A DNA stretch of 64,000 nt from an uncultured Anaerolineales bacterium (GCA_964653285.1 CAZZEX010000003.1:1195-65194), one strand, 5' to 3'. Counted from the stretch's first letter, positions 52,238 to 61,552 are shown. Translations and numbers: made by a program. The notes: generated from the sequence alone by a model not told the origin.

Positions 52238-52975
52238 ATGTCCGCGTCAGTTTTTGAAGTGCAATCCGATTACGAAGTGCCACTTCTTCGTCTGCTGCCC
52301 ACACTTGAGGGAGGTCAGGGACAGGCAAGCGAAGTCATTCGTCTCTTCGCTGAACGCTATGAAGACAACATCCACGCTGACCAGCGCGAACTGTTATCAA
52401 GGGGGATACCCAGATGGCACGTAAACGTGCAGCGGGCGCGGTATGGACTCGTGCAATGCGGCCTGATGGACGCACCGGCACATGGCGTCTGGCGCATCAC
52501 CGAGGCAGGACGCCAATGGCTTCAGGAGCACCCCGAAGCGACACGACTGGAACCCGGACGTCGCCCGCGACGGCCCCGCTCTCGACGGAGCCGCACGACC
52601 GTTCCGCCAGACGTCACGCTAGAGCAACTCAAAGCCACCAAAGCCGTGATGCCCCCTGATCAGTTCCGCCACATCTGGGGGGAACTCTACGACCAGTTGC
52701 TGGCCGAGGAACGCGCCCGCTCCAAGACCAGCATCTCTAACCGGGAACTGGGCACCCGGGCCCGCGCCGTCCTGCGCGAGGTGCACGGTTTTCTGGACGG
52801 CAACGCCGCTGCCTCCTCAGAGAAGGCCTACGACTGGATGCAGTTCTGCTACGCGCTGGGCCTGTATCGTGAGACGGCCGCCCTCTTCGCCTTCGTCTTT
52901 CAGGACGACTTGCCCGCATGGGCCTACGAACGTGCGCGCAAAGTGGCGGAGGCGTGTCGAGCGCGACTGGGGTAG
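52238..52975 (+). CDS. Mrr N-terminal wHTH protein lacking nuclease domain, with methylase-like C-terminal domain
   Basis: PLLRLL...RWHVNVQRARYGLV..GL....GVWRITEAG. Confidence 0.78.
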   Translation: MSASVFEVQSDYEVPLLRLLPTLEGGQGQASEVIRLFAERYEDNIHADQRELLSRGIPRWHVNVQRARYGLVQCGLMDAPAHGVWRITEAGRQWLQEHPEATRLEPGRRPRRPRSRRSRTTVPPDVTLEQLKATKAVMPPDQFRHIWGELYDQLLAEERARSKTSISNRELGTRARAVLREVHGFLDGNAAASSEKAYDWMQFCYALGLYRETAALFAFVFQDDLPAWAYERARKVAEACRARLG

Positions 52976-53005
52976 CGGAAGAGCGATGCGCTGGGAACTT
53001 CGAAC

Positions 53006-53082
53006 CACTGAAGCGCTGAATTCGCTGATGACACTGAAAAAGCCCCATATTTCAGCGCATTCAGTGCGCTCAGTGTTTCAGC
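53006..53082. repeat. Inverted arrays of 9-mer repeats (C.CTGA x4 and TCAG.G x4)
   Basis: Read directly from sequence. Confidence 0.6.
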
Positions 53083-53101
53083 GATTCAAAGTGGAGATAC
53101 C

Positions 53102-53587
53102 ATGAGCCATGCGGAGAGCCTCCCATCCCTGGATGAACTATTGCGCAGCCTCAATCACACCGACACCCTGACCACCAGCCGCGCTCTGACCCACCTGGAG
53201 AGCCTGAGCCTGCTGCGTCGCTCCGAACAGCGTCGCGGGCCGGGGGTCTATTACACCCTGGTCGAAAAAGAGGAAACTCCTCAGATTACTTCTAAGGTTA
53301 CTCCTGATACTGTGTCCCAACTCCTTATCTTGTTGAGAAAAGGAAAACGACTCTCAAGGGATGAAACCATCACACTTGTCATTTCGCTCTGCACCAAGCG
53401 ACCACACACAGCGCGCGAGTTAGCCCAGATTTTGAATCGCAACGCCGATTACCTGCGTAACGCCTATCTTTCGCCGTTGGTGCGAGAAGGACGGCTGCAA
53501 CTCACCGGTGCGCCCAACGACCCCAACGTCGCCTACCGCGCGATAACAAACAAAGACACGGGCAATGACAGCAGAATCCCTATATGA
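53102..53587 (+). CDS. Winged-helix protein like the C-terminus of RecG-like/AlbA-ATPase or Fic proteins (possible remnant)
   Basis: LC...TARELAQILNR...YLR..YL.PLV.EG.L...PNDPN.AY. Confidence 0.6.
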   Translation: MSHAESLPSLDELLRSLNHTDTLTTSRALTHLESLSLLRRSEQRRGPGVYYTLVEKEETPQITSKVTPDTVSQLLILLRKGKRLSRDETITLVISLCTKRPHTARELAQILNRNADYLRNAYLSPLVREGRLQLTGAPNDPNVAYRAITNKDTGNDSRIPI

Positions 53588-56270
53588 CCATTTCGAGCAC
53601 CTCATCGCCTGTCTGCCGCCCCAGGCGCGGCTGGCGCTCGCGCTGGACCCGCCTGGACTGCTGGGGCTGGGGGAAGCCGTAGAGGTCGAGGGGCGGCGCT
53701 GGACCGTCTTCCGCTACGATGGCAACGACCTGGCCTTCCGCCAGGCCTACGGCCACCACGGGCCGGACACCCCCCACCTGGTCTGGATCACCCGTCCCCC
53801 TGGCTATCTGACCACACGACCACTTGACCTCAGTTTCCTGACCGGCGTGGTGCGCCGCGCCGACGCGATCCTCGATCTCAGCCTGCTCGGCGTGCTCAAG
53901 GCCCTCAAGCCCCGCGAGACCTGGCCGCCGGCAGCGGTGGCCCGCTTCGAGCCGCTCATCGCCGCTCACCTGGGCACGGTGCTGGCCGCCCACGCCGACC
54001 TGCGCCGCGTGCTGGGCCCCGGCGTTCCCCTGGACACCCACTGCCTGCGTGCGCTGGTGCTGCACGCGCTCCATCCGGCCGTCCCCATGGGCGACCTGAC
54101 CTTCCGCGACCCGGACCCCCGCCGGGCGCTCACCCGCTACCTGCGGCTACTCGTGCAGGAGGAGTGGGACGAGGAAGGGCTGGCCTTGCTTCAGGATCAA
54201 GCCCGCCTGGCCCCAGGGCCTCCTGCTGAGGAACTGGCCCCCTGGTTCGAAGCGCCCCCGGTGGCGTTGATGCGCTACCTGTACCTGCGCCGCCTCCTGG
54301 CCCGGCAGCGCGTCGCCAACATCGCCGCCGTCACGCGCGCGCTGCTCCCCTTCGACCCGCGCCCGCTGGAGCCCGGAGTGGGCTTCGCGCTGTATCTGTG
54401 GGACGACGACCCCGCCTGGCGCGAGTCTCTGATCGTCCGTACCGAGCACATGCTGGACAAGGTAGAACTGGACGAGGCCCTGGCCCTGCTGGGGGCCGGC
54501 CGCCCCGCCGATCTCTTCGCCGCCCTGGCCGAGGCCGAGACGCCGGCCGTGGTCTACGGGCTGGGTCGGCAGCTACTGTCCGGCATAACCGGCACCGAGG
54601 AACTGGGCCGCATCGCTCTCACCTGGACGCGCCGCCGTCCGCCATTGGCCGCCTGGCCCAAGACCTCCTACAGCCGCCACGCCCGTGACCTGGCTGGCTT
54701 CCTGGACGAACTGGCCTTCCTGTTCGACCGCCTCACTCAAGAGCGTCGCCCTGAGCCTGTCGAAGGGATGAGTCCGCCGACGGGGGCGGCTGGTCTGGTA
54801 GACTGGTACGTCGAACAGCGGTTCTACGATCTGGAGTATGCTGGCGCCCGCGCCGCCGATGCGCTCCAGCGGCTGCCAGGGCTGACCGAAACCCTGCGGC
54901 CCCTGCTCGACCAGGTACGGGCGACGGTACGACAACACCTCAACCGCCTGGATCAGGAACTGGCCCGTCGCATCGGCGAGGACTGGCGCGGCTACCTGGG
55001 CCACCCGCGTCTATCGTCCAACGTCCTGCGAGATGCGCTTATCAAGCCACGCCAGAAGGTCAGCTGCGAATCTAGCGTCTGGATCATCGTCTTCGACGGT
55101 ATGCGCTACGATAGTTGGGAGCGGGTCGTCAAGCCTCGCCTCCTGGAGCGCTACAGCCTGGAGCGGGAGCGGCCCTACCTGAGCCTGCTTCCCTCGTGGA
55201 CCACCATCGCCCGCACGGGGCTCCTGGCCGGCAAGCCTCCCGAAGGCTGGCGCAGTTACCGCGGCCGGGTCACGCTGAACCAGGAGATGTTGGCGGCACG
55301 GCTTTTTGGCCTGAGCGAGGCCGAGCGCAAGCGGAGGTTGCGCTTCTACTCCGGGATGGAATCGGACCGCACCCAGCGCAAACTCGACCGGCGCAAGCGG
55401 TTTCCTTACAACGTCCTCGTCTTCAACGTCAGCGACGACAACCTCCACGCCATGCGGGGCAACCTGGTGGCGCTGAACGAGGTGGTCGCATCGCTGCTGA
55501 AGGGCATCCTGGAGACACTGGACAATCTGGTGCAGCCGGACGACACGCTCATCGTCACCAGCGACCACGGCTTCGTCGAACTGGAAGAAGGCCAAGCGAT
55601 CACCATCCGCGATGACACTCGCTGGCAGCGTTACGTCGAGGGTGGCCGGCACCCCGTCCATTACCGCTTCATCCGGGGCGTGGAGCGACCGGGGGGGTTG
55701 GCCGACGAGGATGCCCTGACGTTCGAGTATCCCAATCTGCGCGACGGCCAGTTCACCGTGGCGGTGGGCCGGCGCTGGTTTGCCCGCGAGGGGACCACCC
55801 GCCCCGACCGCTACGCCCACGGCGGGCTGAGCCTGGCCGAGATGGTCGTCCCCGGCGCGGTGCTGCGTCCCATCGTCGCGCCGCTGGTCAGGCTAGCACT
55901 GGAGAGTTTCCCGCGTGCGCTGACCGTGCAGGAGGGAGAGGAGACCGTCATTGCGCTCACGCTGGTCAACAGCGGCAACCAGCCGGCCCATTTCACGCTG
56001 GAGGTCGGGGCCAACACTGCCCGCGAGGCCCACCGCCAGGAGGGAGACCTGCGGCCGGGGCAGCGTCTCCCCGCCTCCTACCGCTTCACGCCCGTCTACG
56101 CCGACGTCCCAGGCGAGGTGGGCACGGAGCGCGTCACCGTCAAAGTCACGTACCAGGACGCCGGGGGGAAGCGCCGGAAACTGTCACGCTCCGCGACGGT
56201 CACCGTCGAGCCGCGCAAAGACGTCGTGAAGTTCAGTCTGGGCGGCCTGGACGAGTTGGATGATTTGTGA
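53565..56270 (+). CDS. pglZ: PglZ (BrxZ) alkaline-phosphatase-fold protein with Ig-like C-terminus
   Basis: IIVFDGMRYD, LPSWT, TSDHGF, HGGLSLAEMVVP. Confidence 0.88.
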   Translation: MTAESLYDHFEHLIACLPPQARLALALDPPGLLGLGEAVEVEGRRWTVFRYDGNDLAFRQAYGHHGPDTPHLVWITRPPGYLTTRPLDLSFLTGVVRRADAILDLSLLGVLKALKPRETWPPAAVARFEPLIAAHLGTVLAAHADLRRVLGPGVPLDTHCLRALVLHALHPAVPMGDLTFRDPDPRRALTRYLRLLVQEEWDEEGLALLQDQARLAPGPPAEELAPWFEAPPVALMRYLYLRRLLARQRVANIAAVTRALLPFDPRPLEPGVGFALYLWDDDPAWRESLIVRTEHMLDKVELDEALALLGAGRPADLFAALAEAETPAVVYGLGRQLLSGITGTEELGRIALTWTRRRPPLAAWPKTSYSRHARDLAGFLDELAFLFDRLTQERRPEPVEGMSPPTGAAGLVDWYVEQRFYDLEYAGARAADALQRLPGLTETLRPLLDQVRATVRQHLNRLDQELARRIGEDWRGYLGHPRLSSNVLRDALIKPRQKVSCESSVWIIVFDGMRYDSWERVVKPRLLERYSLERERPYLSLLPSWTTIARTGLLAGKPPEGWRSYRGRVTLNQEMLAARLFGLSEAERKRRLRFYSGMESDRTQRKLDRRKRFPYNVLVFNVSDDNLHAMRGNLVALNEVVASLLKGILETLDNLVQPDDTLIVTSDHGFVELEEGQAITIRDDTRWQRYVEGGRHPVHYRFIRGVERPGGLADEDALTFEYPNLRDGQFTVAVGRRWFAREGTTRPDRYAHGGLSLAEMVVPGAVLRPIVAPLVRLALESFPRALTVQEGEETVIALTLVNSGNQPAHFTLEVGANTAREAHRQEGDLRPGQRLPASYRFTPVYADVPGEVGTERVTVKVTYQDAGGKRRKLSRSATVTVEPRKDVVKFSLGGLDELDDL

Positions 56271-56336
56271 TCAAGACCGGAGAAGCAGGAGGCAAGAGGC
56301 AAGAAGCATCCTGCATCCTGACTTCAAGGAGGAGGA

Positions 56337-57776
56337 GTGGATAACCTGACGGTTGAAGTAGATACGCTGGCGCAGCAACACCTGGGCGACCGGGTCGTCC
56401 TCAAGCCCCTCACGCGCTGGAACGAGGCCTACAAGGAGTTTCCGCGCTACGTGATGGAGTACCTGTGCGCAAGATACGTGGACCCGGGCAACCCCATCCC
56501 CGGCCAGATGCGGATTGACCGCCTCCTGAGCGAGCACTACGCCGAGAGCGAGGCCCGCGAGTTGATCAAGAGCCGCATCAAGGAACAGGGGGAGTATGTC
56601 CTGTTGGGGCAGTTGCAGGTGCGGCTCGACCAGGCTCGCGACCATTACTGGGCGGAAGTGCCGGCGCTGGGCGACAACTTCGTGCGCATCAGCCCGCGCG
56701 TCCTGAGCGATTACGGCGAACCGCTGCTATCCGGCGGAGCCTGGGGCACGATGAACATCGAGTACGACGCCCGCTACGAACTCAAGGGCCGCATCTACCC
56801 CTTCTTCATCCGCCAGTTCCGCCCCTTCCAGATCACCCGCCTGGACCTGGACGACTACGTCGAGAAGCGGAGCCTGTTCGACACCGACACCTGGATCGGC
56901 CTCTTGATCCAGTCCATCGGCTTCAACCCCGACCGGCTGAGCGAGCGGGAGCGATGGCTGATGCTCCTACGGCTGGTGCCCTTCGTCGAGGCCAACTACA
57001 ACCTGATCGAACTGGGGCCCCGCGAGACCGGGAAGACCTACACCTTCCGCAACACCTCCAGCCGTTCCTTCGTCATCTCCGGCGGCAAGGCCACGCCGGC
57101 CACGCTGTTCTACAACATCGCCACCCGCAAGATCGGCATCCTGGGCTACAAGGACGTCGTCTTCTTCGATGAGATCGCCAGCACCCACTTCACTGATCCG
57201 GAGGCGACGATCAGCGTCCTCAAGGACTTCATGCAGACCGGCCACTTCAGCCGGGGGCGGCTGGAGTTCACGGCCCAGGCCAGCATTGTCCTGGGAGGCA
57301 ATATTGACACCGACATGGAACGGCGGGAGCCTTCGCCGCGTTACCGCCATCACTTCGAGATCCTGCCGCCGGAGTTACAGGATCCCGCCTTCCTGGACCG
57401 CATCCACGCCTTCTTGCCCGGCTGGGAGATGCCCAAGGTGCGCCCGGAGAACTATGCGACCGGCTACGGTTTCATCACGGACTATATGGCCGAGATTTTC
57501 ACCCGTCTCCGCCGCCGCAACTACCAGACCCACATCGCGGCCCACGTGGACTTTGGGGGGATGACCGGGCGCAACCAGGATGCAGTCAAGAAGACCACGG
57601 CGGGCCTGCTGAAACTCGTCTTCCCCCACCGCACCGCCGATGACCTGGAGCGGGATGAACTGGAGATGTGCCTGGCCCTGGCCGTCGAATGCCGCCAGCG
57701 GGTGCTGGATCAACTGGCGGTGATGTCGCCGGAGGAGTTTGGTGGGGTGAGGGTGGAGGTGAGGGTGGAGGAGTGA
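56337..57776 (+). CDS. brxL: BrxL-like MCM/AAA+ ATPase without Lon protease domain
   Basis: PRYVMEYL, ELGPRETGKTY, VFFDEIA, AFLDRIHAFLPGWE; only 479 aa. Confidence 0.88.
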   Translation: MDNLTVEVDTLAQQHLGDRVVLKPLTRWNEAYKEFPRYVMEYLCARYVDPGNPIPGQMRIDRLLSEHYAESEARELIKSRIKEQGEYVLLGQLQVRLDQARDHYWAEVPALGDNFVRISPRVLSDYGEPLLSGGAWGTMNIEYDARYELKGRIYPFFIRQFRPFQITRLDLDDYVEKRSLFDTDTWIGLLIQSIGFNPDRLSERERWLMLLRLVPFVEANYNLIELGPRETGKTYTFRNTSSRSFVISGGKATPATLFYNIATRKIGILGYKDVVFFDEIASTHFTDPEATISVLKDFMQTGHFSRGRLEFTAQASIVLGGNIDTDMERREPSPRYRHHFEILPPELQDPAFLDRIHAFLPGWEMPKVRPENYATGYGFITDYMAEIFTRLRRRNYQTHIAAHVDFGGMTGRNQDAVKKTTAGLLKLVFPHRTADDLERDELEMCLALAVECRQRVLDQLAVMSPEEFGGVRVEVRVEE

Positions 57777-58015
57777 GAGAGAACCGGAACGAGCGTTTGC
57801 TCGAATTTGCAACGGGAGTATAATTGTACTGAATCCTGGTTACAGAAACGCGGCTTAGAGCCTGCTTCTGTAACTCCATTGACAGAAAGTGGTTCGGCGT
57901 GCACAAAGACACCTACGTTGGCCTGCCTCGCTTGCTGCGTCAGCACGCCGAGGGCCAAATGGCGATGGCCTTCGAGCGGCTCGATCAGTTGCGGGCCGGG
58001 CGCTGGTACGGCGGC

Positions 58016-58386
58016 AAGGCCGGACATCGAACGCGCGGCGGTGTGGTTGCGGGATAATCTGCTGACGGCCGGGTTTCCGAAGGCGGAGGTGATGCCCACG
58101 CCGGGCCATCCTGTCGTCCACGCGGAGTGGCTGGCTGCCGGGCCCGAGACTCCCACCATCCTGATCTACGGACACTACGACGTGCAGCCGCCCGATCCAC
58201 TGGAACTGTGGGATACCCCACCGTTTGAGCCCACCGTCGTGGGCGACGACATCTTCTGCCGGGGGGGCGGCGGATGATAAGGGGCAGTTGTACGTTCACG
58301 TGAAGGTAGTAGAAGCGCTCAAGGAGACGGTGGGCGCGCCGCCGGTCAACGTCAAGTGCATCTTCGAGGGCGAGGAGGAGTCCGGC
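58016..58386 (+). pseudogene. M20 dipeptidase fragment, frameshifted and truncated at both ends
   Basis: [11 protein letters not shown] then AADDKG across a G7 run (58261-58267), EGEEESG then homology ends. Confidence 0.85.
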
Positions 58387-58721
58387 AATCCCTCGGGCTA
58401 TAGTATTACCCGGCAACATTTGCGTTGTCCGCGAGAATCATAATCTGCTACTTGCAGACTTGCAGACTTGCAGCTTTGCCGCGCTACGGAGTTCTTAGGA
58501 GAATAACCGCCACGAAGAGCACTGCCAAGAATGAAAGAGGTGTCTCATGTATGCTTTATCCCTACCCACCCACGACTTTTGTCCTATAGACATATCGCGC
58601 CACCTGTGGTATCATTGGGTTAGTTTCCAGTACAACAGTGGGGCAGACTCTTCAATCTGCCGCTCGGATAGGCTAGAGAGTGTGCCTCACATGTCGTTTT
58701 GCGCCACAAATCAGACTGCCG

Positions 58722-59414
58722 ATGGATGCGACACCTTCTTTGATCTATCTCATCCTCGCCCTGGCTACATTTGCTATCGCTGGGGGATTGCTCGTTTGGG
58801 TCGTGGGCTACATCAGAAGCCGAGGCAAAGGGAGTTCAAAAGGACGTGGATGGCCTCCGACCACTGTGGCACCAGCAGAGCCGGAGACTTCTGTGCTGGC
58901 AGGCGAACAGGAACTGCTGCGCATCTCGCGCACGAAGAAGGGCAGGCTGACCATCTTCGTGCAGGGCCGACGTTACCGTCACCTACGGGAGATTAAAGAT
59001 CCACAGGTGGGACGCGAGACAATCGAAGCCCTCAAGGCCGTGCTGACCTTTGCCGAAGGCTGGCTACCCGCGCCCCGACAGACACCACCCCAGCCCGCCT
59101 CCAGGAAGTCTACCGTGGATGAGGAAACCTTTCTGGAGCGACTGCGCCGGAGTGATCTTTTTCCCGCAGGTGGCCCTGCCAGGACGTCCCAGCCGGAGCC
59201 ACTGATCCCTGTAGGGAAAATCAACGCCCTGGTGCAGAAACGACTACGGGAACGGCCAGACCTGGCCGGGCGACACATCTTCCTGACCACCAAAGTGGGC
59301 GGGAACCCGCTCATTTGCGTGAGCCAGCAAACCTTCGACGCTGTGGACGATATCCCCGACCCCCAGATACGAGCCCTGATCCAAGACGCCATCCGCGAGT
59401 GGGAGAGCGGCTAG
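58722..59414 (+). CDS. Membrane-anchored hypothetical protein
   Basis: N-terminal TM; C-terminal VDDIPDPQIRALIQDAIREWE. Confidence 0.65.
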   Translation: MDATPSLIYLILALATFAIAGGLLVWVVGYIRSRGKGSSKGRGWPPTTVAPAEPETSVLAGEQELLRISRTKKGRLTIFVQGRRYRHLREIKDPQVGRETIEALKAVLTFAEGWLPAPRQTPPQPASRKSTVDEETFLERLRRSDLFPAGGPARTSQPEPLIPVGKINALVQKRLRERPDLAGRHIFLTTKVGGNPLICVSQQTFDAVDDIPDPQIRALIQDAIREWESG

Positions 59415-59485
59415 CGCGGGCCCCAAGCAACACAAAAAGCCGCCGCCTTTACCGGCAGCGGCCCGATGCTCCGTGCCTGTCTGAT

Positions 59486-59725
59486 CTAACGTGATGACCT
59501 GAGAGCGCAGGTCGCGCACGAGGCCGAGGGCGTACAGGAGCCGCACGACGTCCCCGCCCCCGCGATCACCCCCTCGCTTCCAACGGCCGAGAACAATGAG
59601 ATCATACGGCACGTGTTCTCGCTGCCACACTTGGGGCACGCGATGGGCACATCGGCGTCCGACATCGCCCGCAGAGCGTCGAAGCACGTCTCGCAGTCGG
59701 AGCACTTATACTCGTATAGCGGCAT
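59486..59725 (-). CDS. FmdB family zinc-ribbon protein
   Basis: MPLYEYKCSDC...CPKCGS...CGSC...CATC. Confidence 0.88.
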   Translation of the reverse strand: MPLYEYKCSDCETCFDALRAMSDADVPIACPKCGSENTCRMISLFSAVGSEGVIAGAGTSCGSCTPSASCATCALRSSR

Positions 59726-59814
59726 AGCCTCCACCTCATCTTCCGCTTGCTCAGCCTTGCGGGCTCATTGTACCGCCGTTCAGCCTCACCGTCAAGGTTA
59801 CCAGCGTACGCCCA

Positions 59815-60996
59815 CTACCCGACGAGGCCCAGCGCCTGGCCTACCTCCGCGAAGGTCGCCAGGACGCGACCGAGTTGCTCGTCGGTGTGGGTCGCCATGT
59901 AACTGGTGCGCAGCAGCGCCGACCCCGGCGGCACCGCCGGTGAGACGACCGGGTTGGTGTAGATACCGGCCTCGTAGAGCGCCTTCCAGGCTATGAAGGT
60001 GTGCATGTCGTCGCCAATGATGACCGGGATGATGGGGGTCTCACTGGCACCCACGTTGAAGCCCAACCGGCGGAACCCGGCCCCCATGCGCCTGCCGATC
60101 TGATTGACCCGCGCGATGCGCTCCGGCTCCTCCTGCATCACCTCCAGCGCGGCCAGCACGGCCGCCGCGTTGGCCGGCGGCATACTGGCGCTAAAGATCA
60201 GCGAGCGGGCATTGTGCTGGATGTAGTGGATCACATCCTCCGCGCCGGCGATGAACCCACCCAGGCTGGCGAAGGATTTGCTGAAGGTGCCCATTGTCAG
60301 GTCTACCTGGTCGGTGAGGCCGAAGTGAGCCGCTGTGCCGCGTCCCCCGCCTACCACACCCATAGCGTGGGCGTCGTCCACCATCAGCCGCGCCCCGTAC
60401 TTCTGGCACAGCGGCACGATCTCCGGTAGCGGAGCAATGTCGCCGCCCATGCTGAAAACACCGTCCACGACCACCAGTTTGCCCACCTCCTCTGGCAGCC
60501 CGGCCAGGACGCGCTCCAGATGAGCCATGTCGTTGTGGCGGAAGCGGCGCATCTCACCAAAGGCCAGCCGGCAGCCGTCCACGATGCTGGCGTGGTCATC
60601 CTTGTCGGTGACGACGAAGTCGCTCCGGCCCACCAGCGCCGAGATGGTGCCCAGGTTGGTCTGGTAGCCAGTGGAAAAGACCAGCGCCGCCTCCGTGCCC
60701 ACGAATTCGGCCAGCCGCCGTTCCAGTTCCAGGTGCAGTTCCAGCGTGCCGTTGAGGAAACGGGAGCCGGTGCAACCGGTGCCGTAGCGTTGCGTCGCTT
60801 TGATGGCGGCCTGGCGCACCCTGGGGTGCGTCGTCAGGCCCAGATAGTTGTTGGAGCCAATCATAATCAGGCGGTGATCGCCGATGGTGACCTCGGTGCC
60901 CTCGCTGTCGGTGAGGGGGATGAAATAGGGATAGAGGCCGGCCGCTTGTACCTCCTTGGCCGCCGTGTACTGCCAACACTTCTCAAACAGATCCAT
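59815..60996 (-). CDS. PLP-dependent alpha-oxoamine synthase (SPT/Kbl/BioF family)
   Basis: GSNNYLGL, GSRFLNG, DHASI, DDAH, GTFSKS. Confidence 0.9.
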   Translation of the reverse strand: MDLFEKCWQYTAAKEVQAAGLYPYFIPLTDSEGTEVTIGDHRLIMIGSNNYLGLTTHPRVRQAAIKATQRYGTGCTGSRFLNGTLELHLELERRLAEFVGTEAALVFSTGYQTNLGTISALVGRSDFVVTDKDDHASIVDGCRLAFGEMRRFRHNDMAHLERVLAGLPEEVGKLVVVDGVFSMGGDIAPLPEIVPLCQKYGARLMVDDAHAMGVVGGGRGTAAHFGLTDQVDLTMGTFSKSFASLGGFIAGAEDVIHYIQHNARSLIFSASMPPANAAAVLAALEVMQEEPERIARVNQIGRRMGAGFRRLGFNVGASETPIIPVIIGDDMHTFIAWKALYEAGIYTNPVVSPAVPPGSALLRTSYMATHTDEQLGRVLATFAEVGQALGLVG

Positions 60997-61247
60997 CGAA
61001 ATACCCTCCTTAATTCCACATGTCGCTAGTTGCGCATCATCTCAATATTTAGGGGCAAATAGTCCCCATCTGTCGCCGATGGTATGGATGCGCCAACTTG
61101 TTGGCGTTTTTGCCGACCGAGACCCGTTTCCGCAAGACCGAAACAAGTTTCGGCATCCACATTCCCCAGTTTATTGAGCAGATACCTAGTTACGCTAATC
61201 TATATAACACGGTATTACAGCCAAAGTTTCCACGCTATGGCTACTTT

Positions 61248-61552
61248 CGCAGTATCGCAAAAGTCGGTGGTCCCCCCGTAGAGTATTGGTCGCTCGGCCC
61301 CGCCCGGACGTGAACGTCCGGGCTGAGAGAGCAAAGCCCTACGGGCTGAAATCCAGCCCCCGAAGGGGGCTTCGCTCTTTCAGCCGGGCGGTTTAGCGCC
61401 TGGCAAGGCGGCCGGAAGAACACCAACACCCAAGCGGGGGACTACCCAAAAGTCGCCCCGACGGCTAGCCGTCATTCTGAGCGTAGCGAAGAATCTCCCT
61501 CTGCTCTGGTGGAGACCCTTCGCTTCCCTTCACTGCGCTCAGGTGCAGGCCG
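61248..61552 (+). mobile_element. MITE/REP-like family A copy, interrupted and 3'-truncated
   Basis: Near-identical to the reverse complement of 40906-41054 once the insert is removed. Confidence 0.75.
61266..61446. mobile_element. 181-bp MITE (family B) with 8-bp target-site duplication
   Basis: TIRs GGTGGTCCCCCCG and CGGGGGACTACC; CAAAAGTC at 61258-61265 and 61447-61454. Confidence 0.8.

Noticed and set aside
52238-52975. Active Mrr restriction endonuclease
   Set aside because: No PD-(D/E/Q)xK catalytic domain is present.
58261-58267. Phase-variable poly-G switch
   Set aside because: The gene is also truncated at both ends, so reversion would not restore function.
40868-58500. Prophage or ICE as carrier of the BREX island
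   Set aside because: No integrase, transposase, att repeats, phage or conjugation genes are seen.
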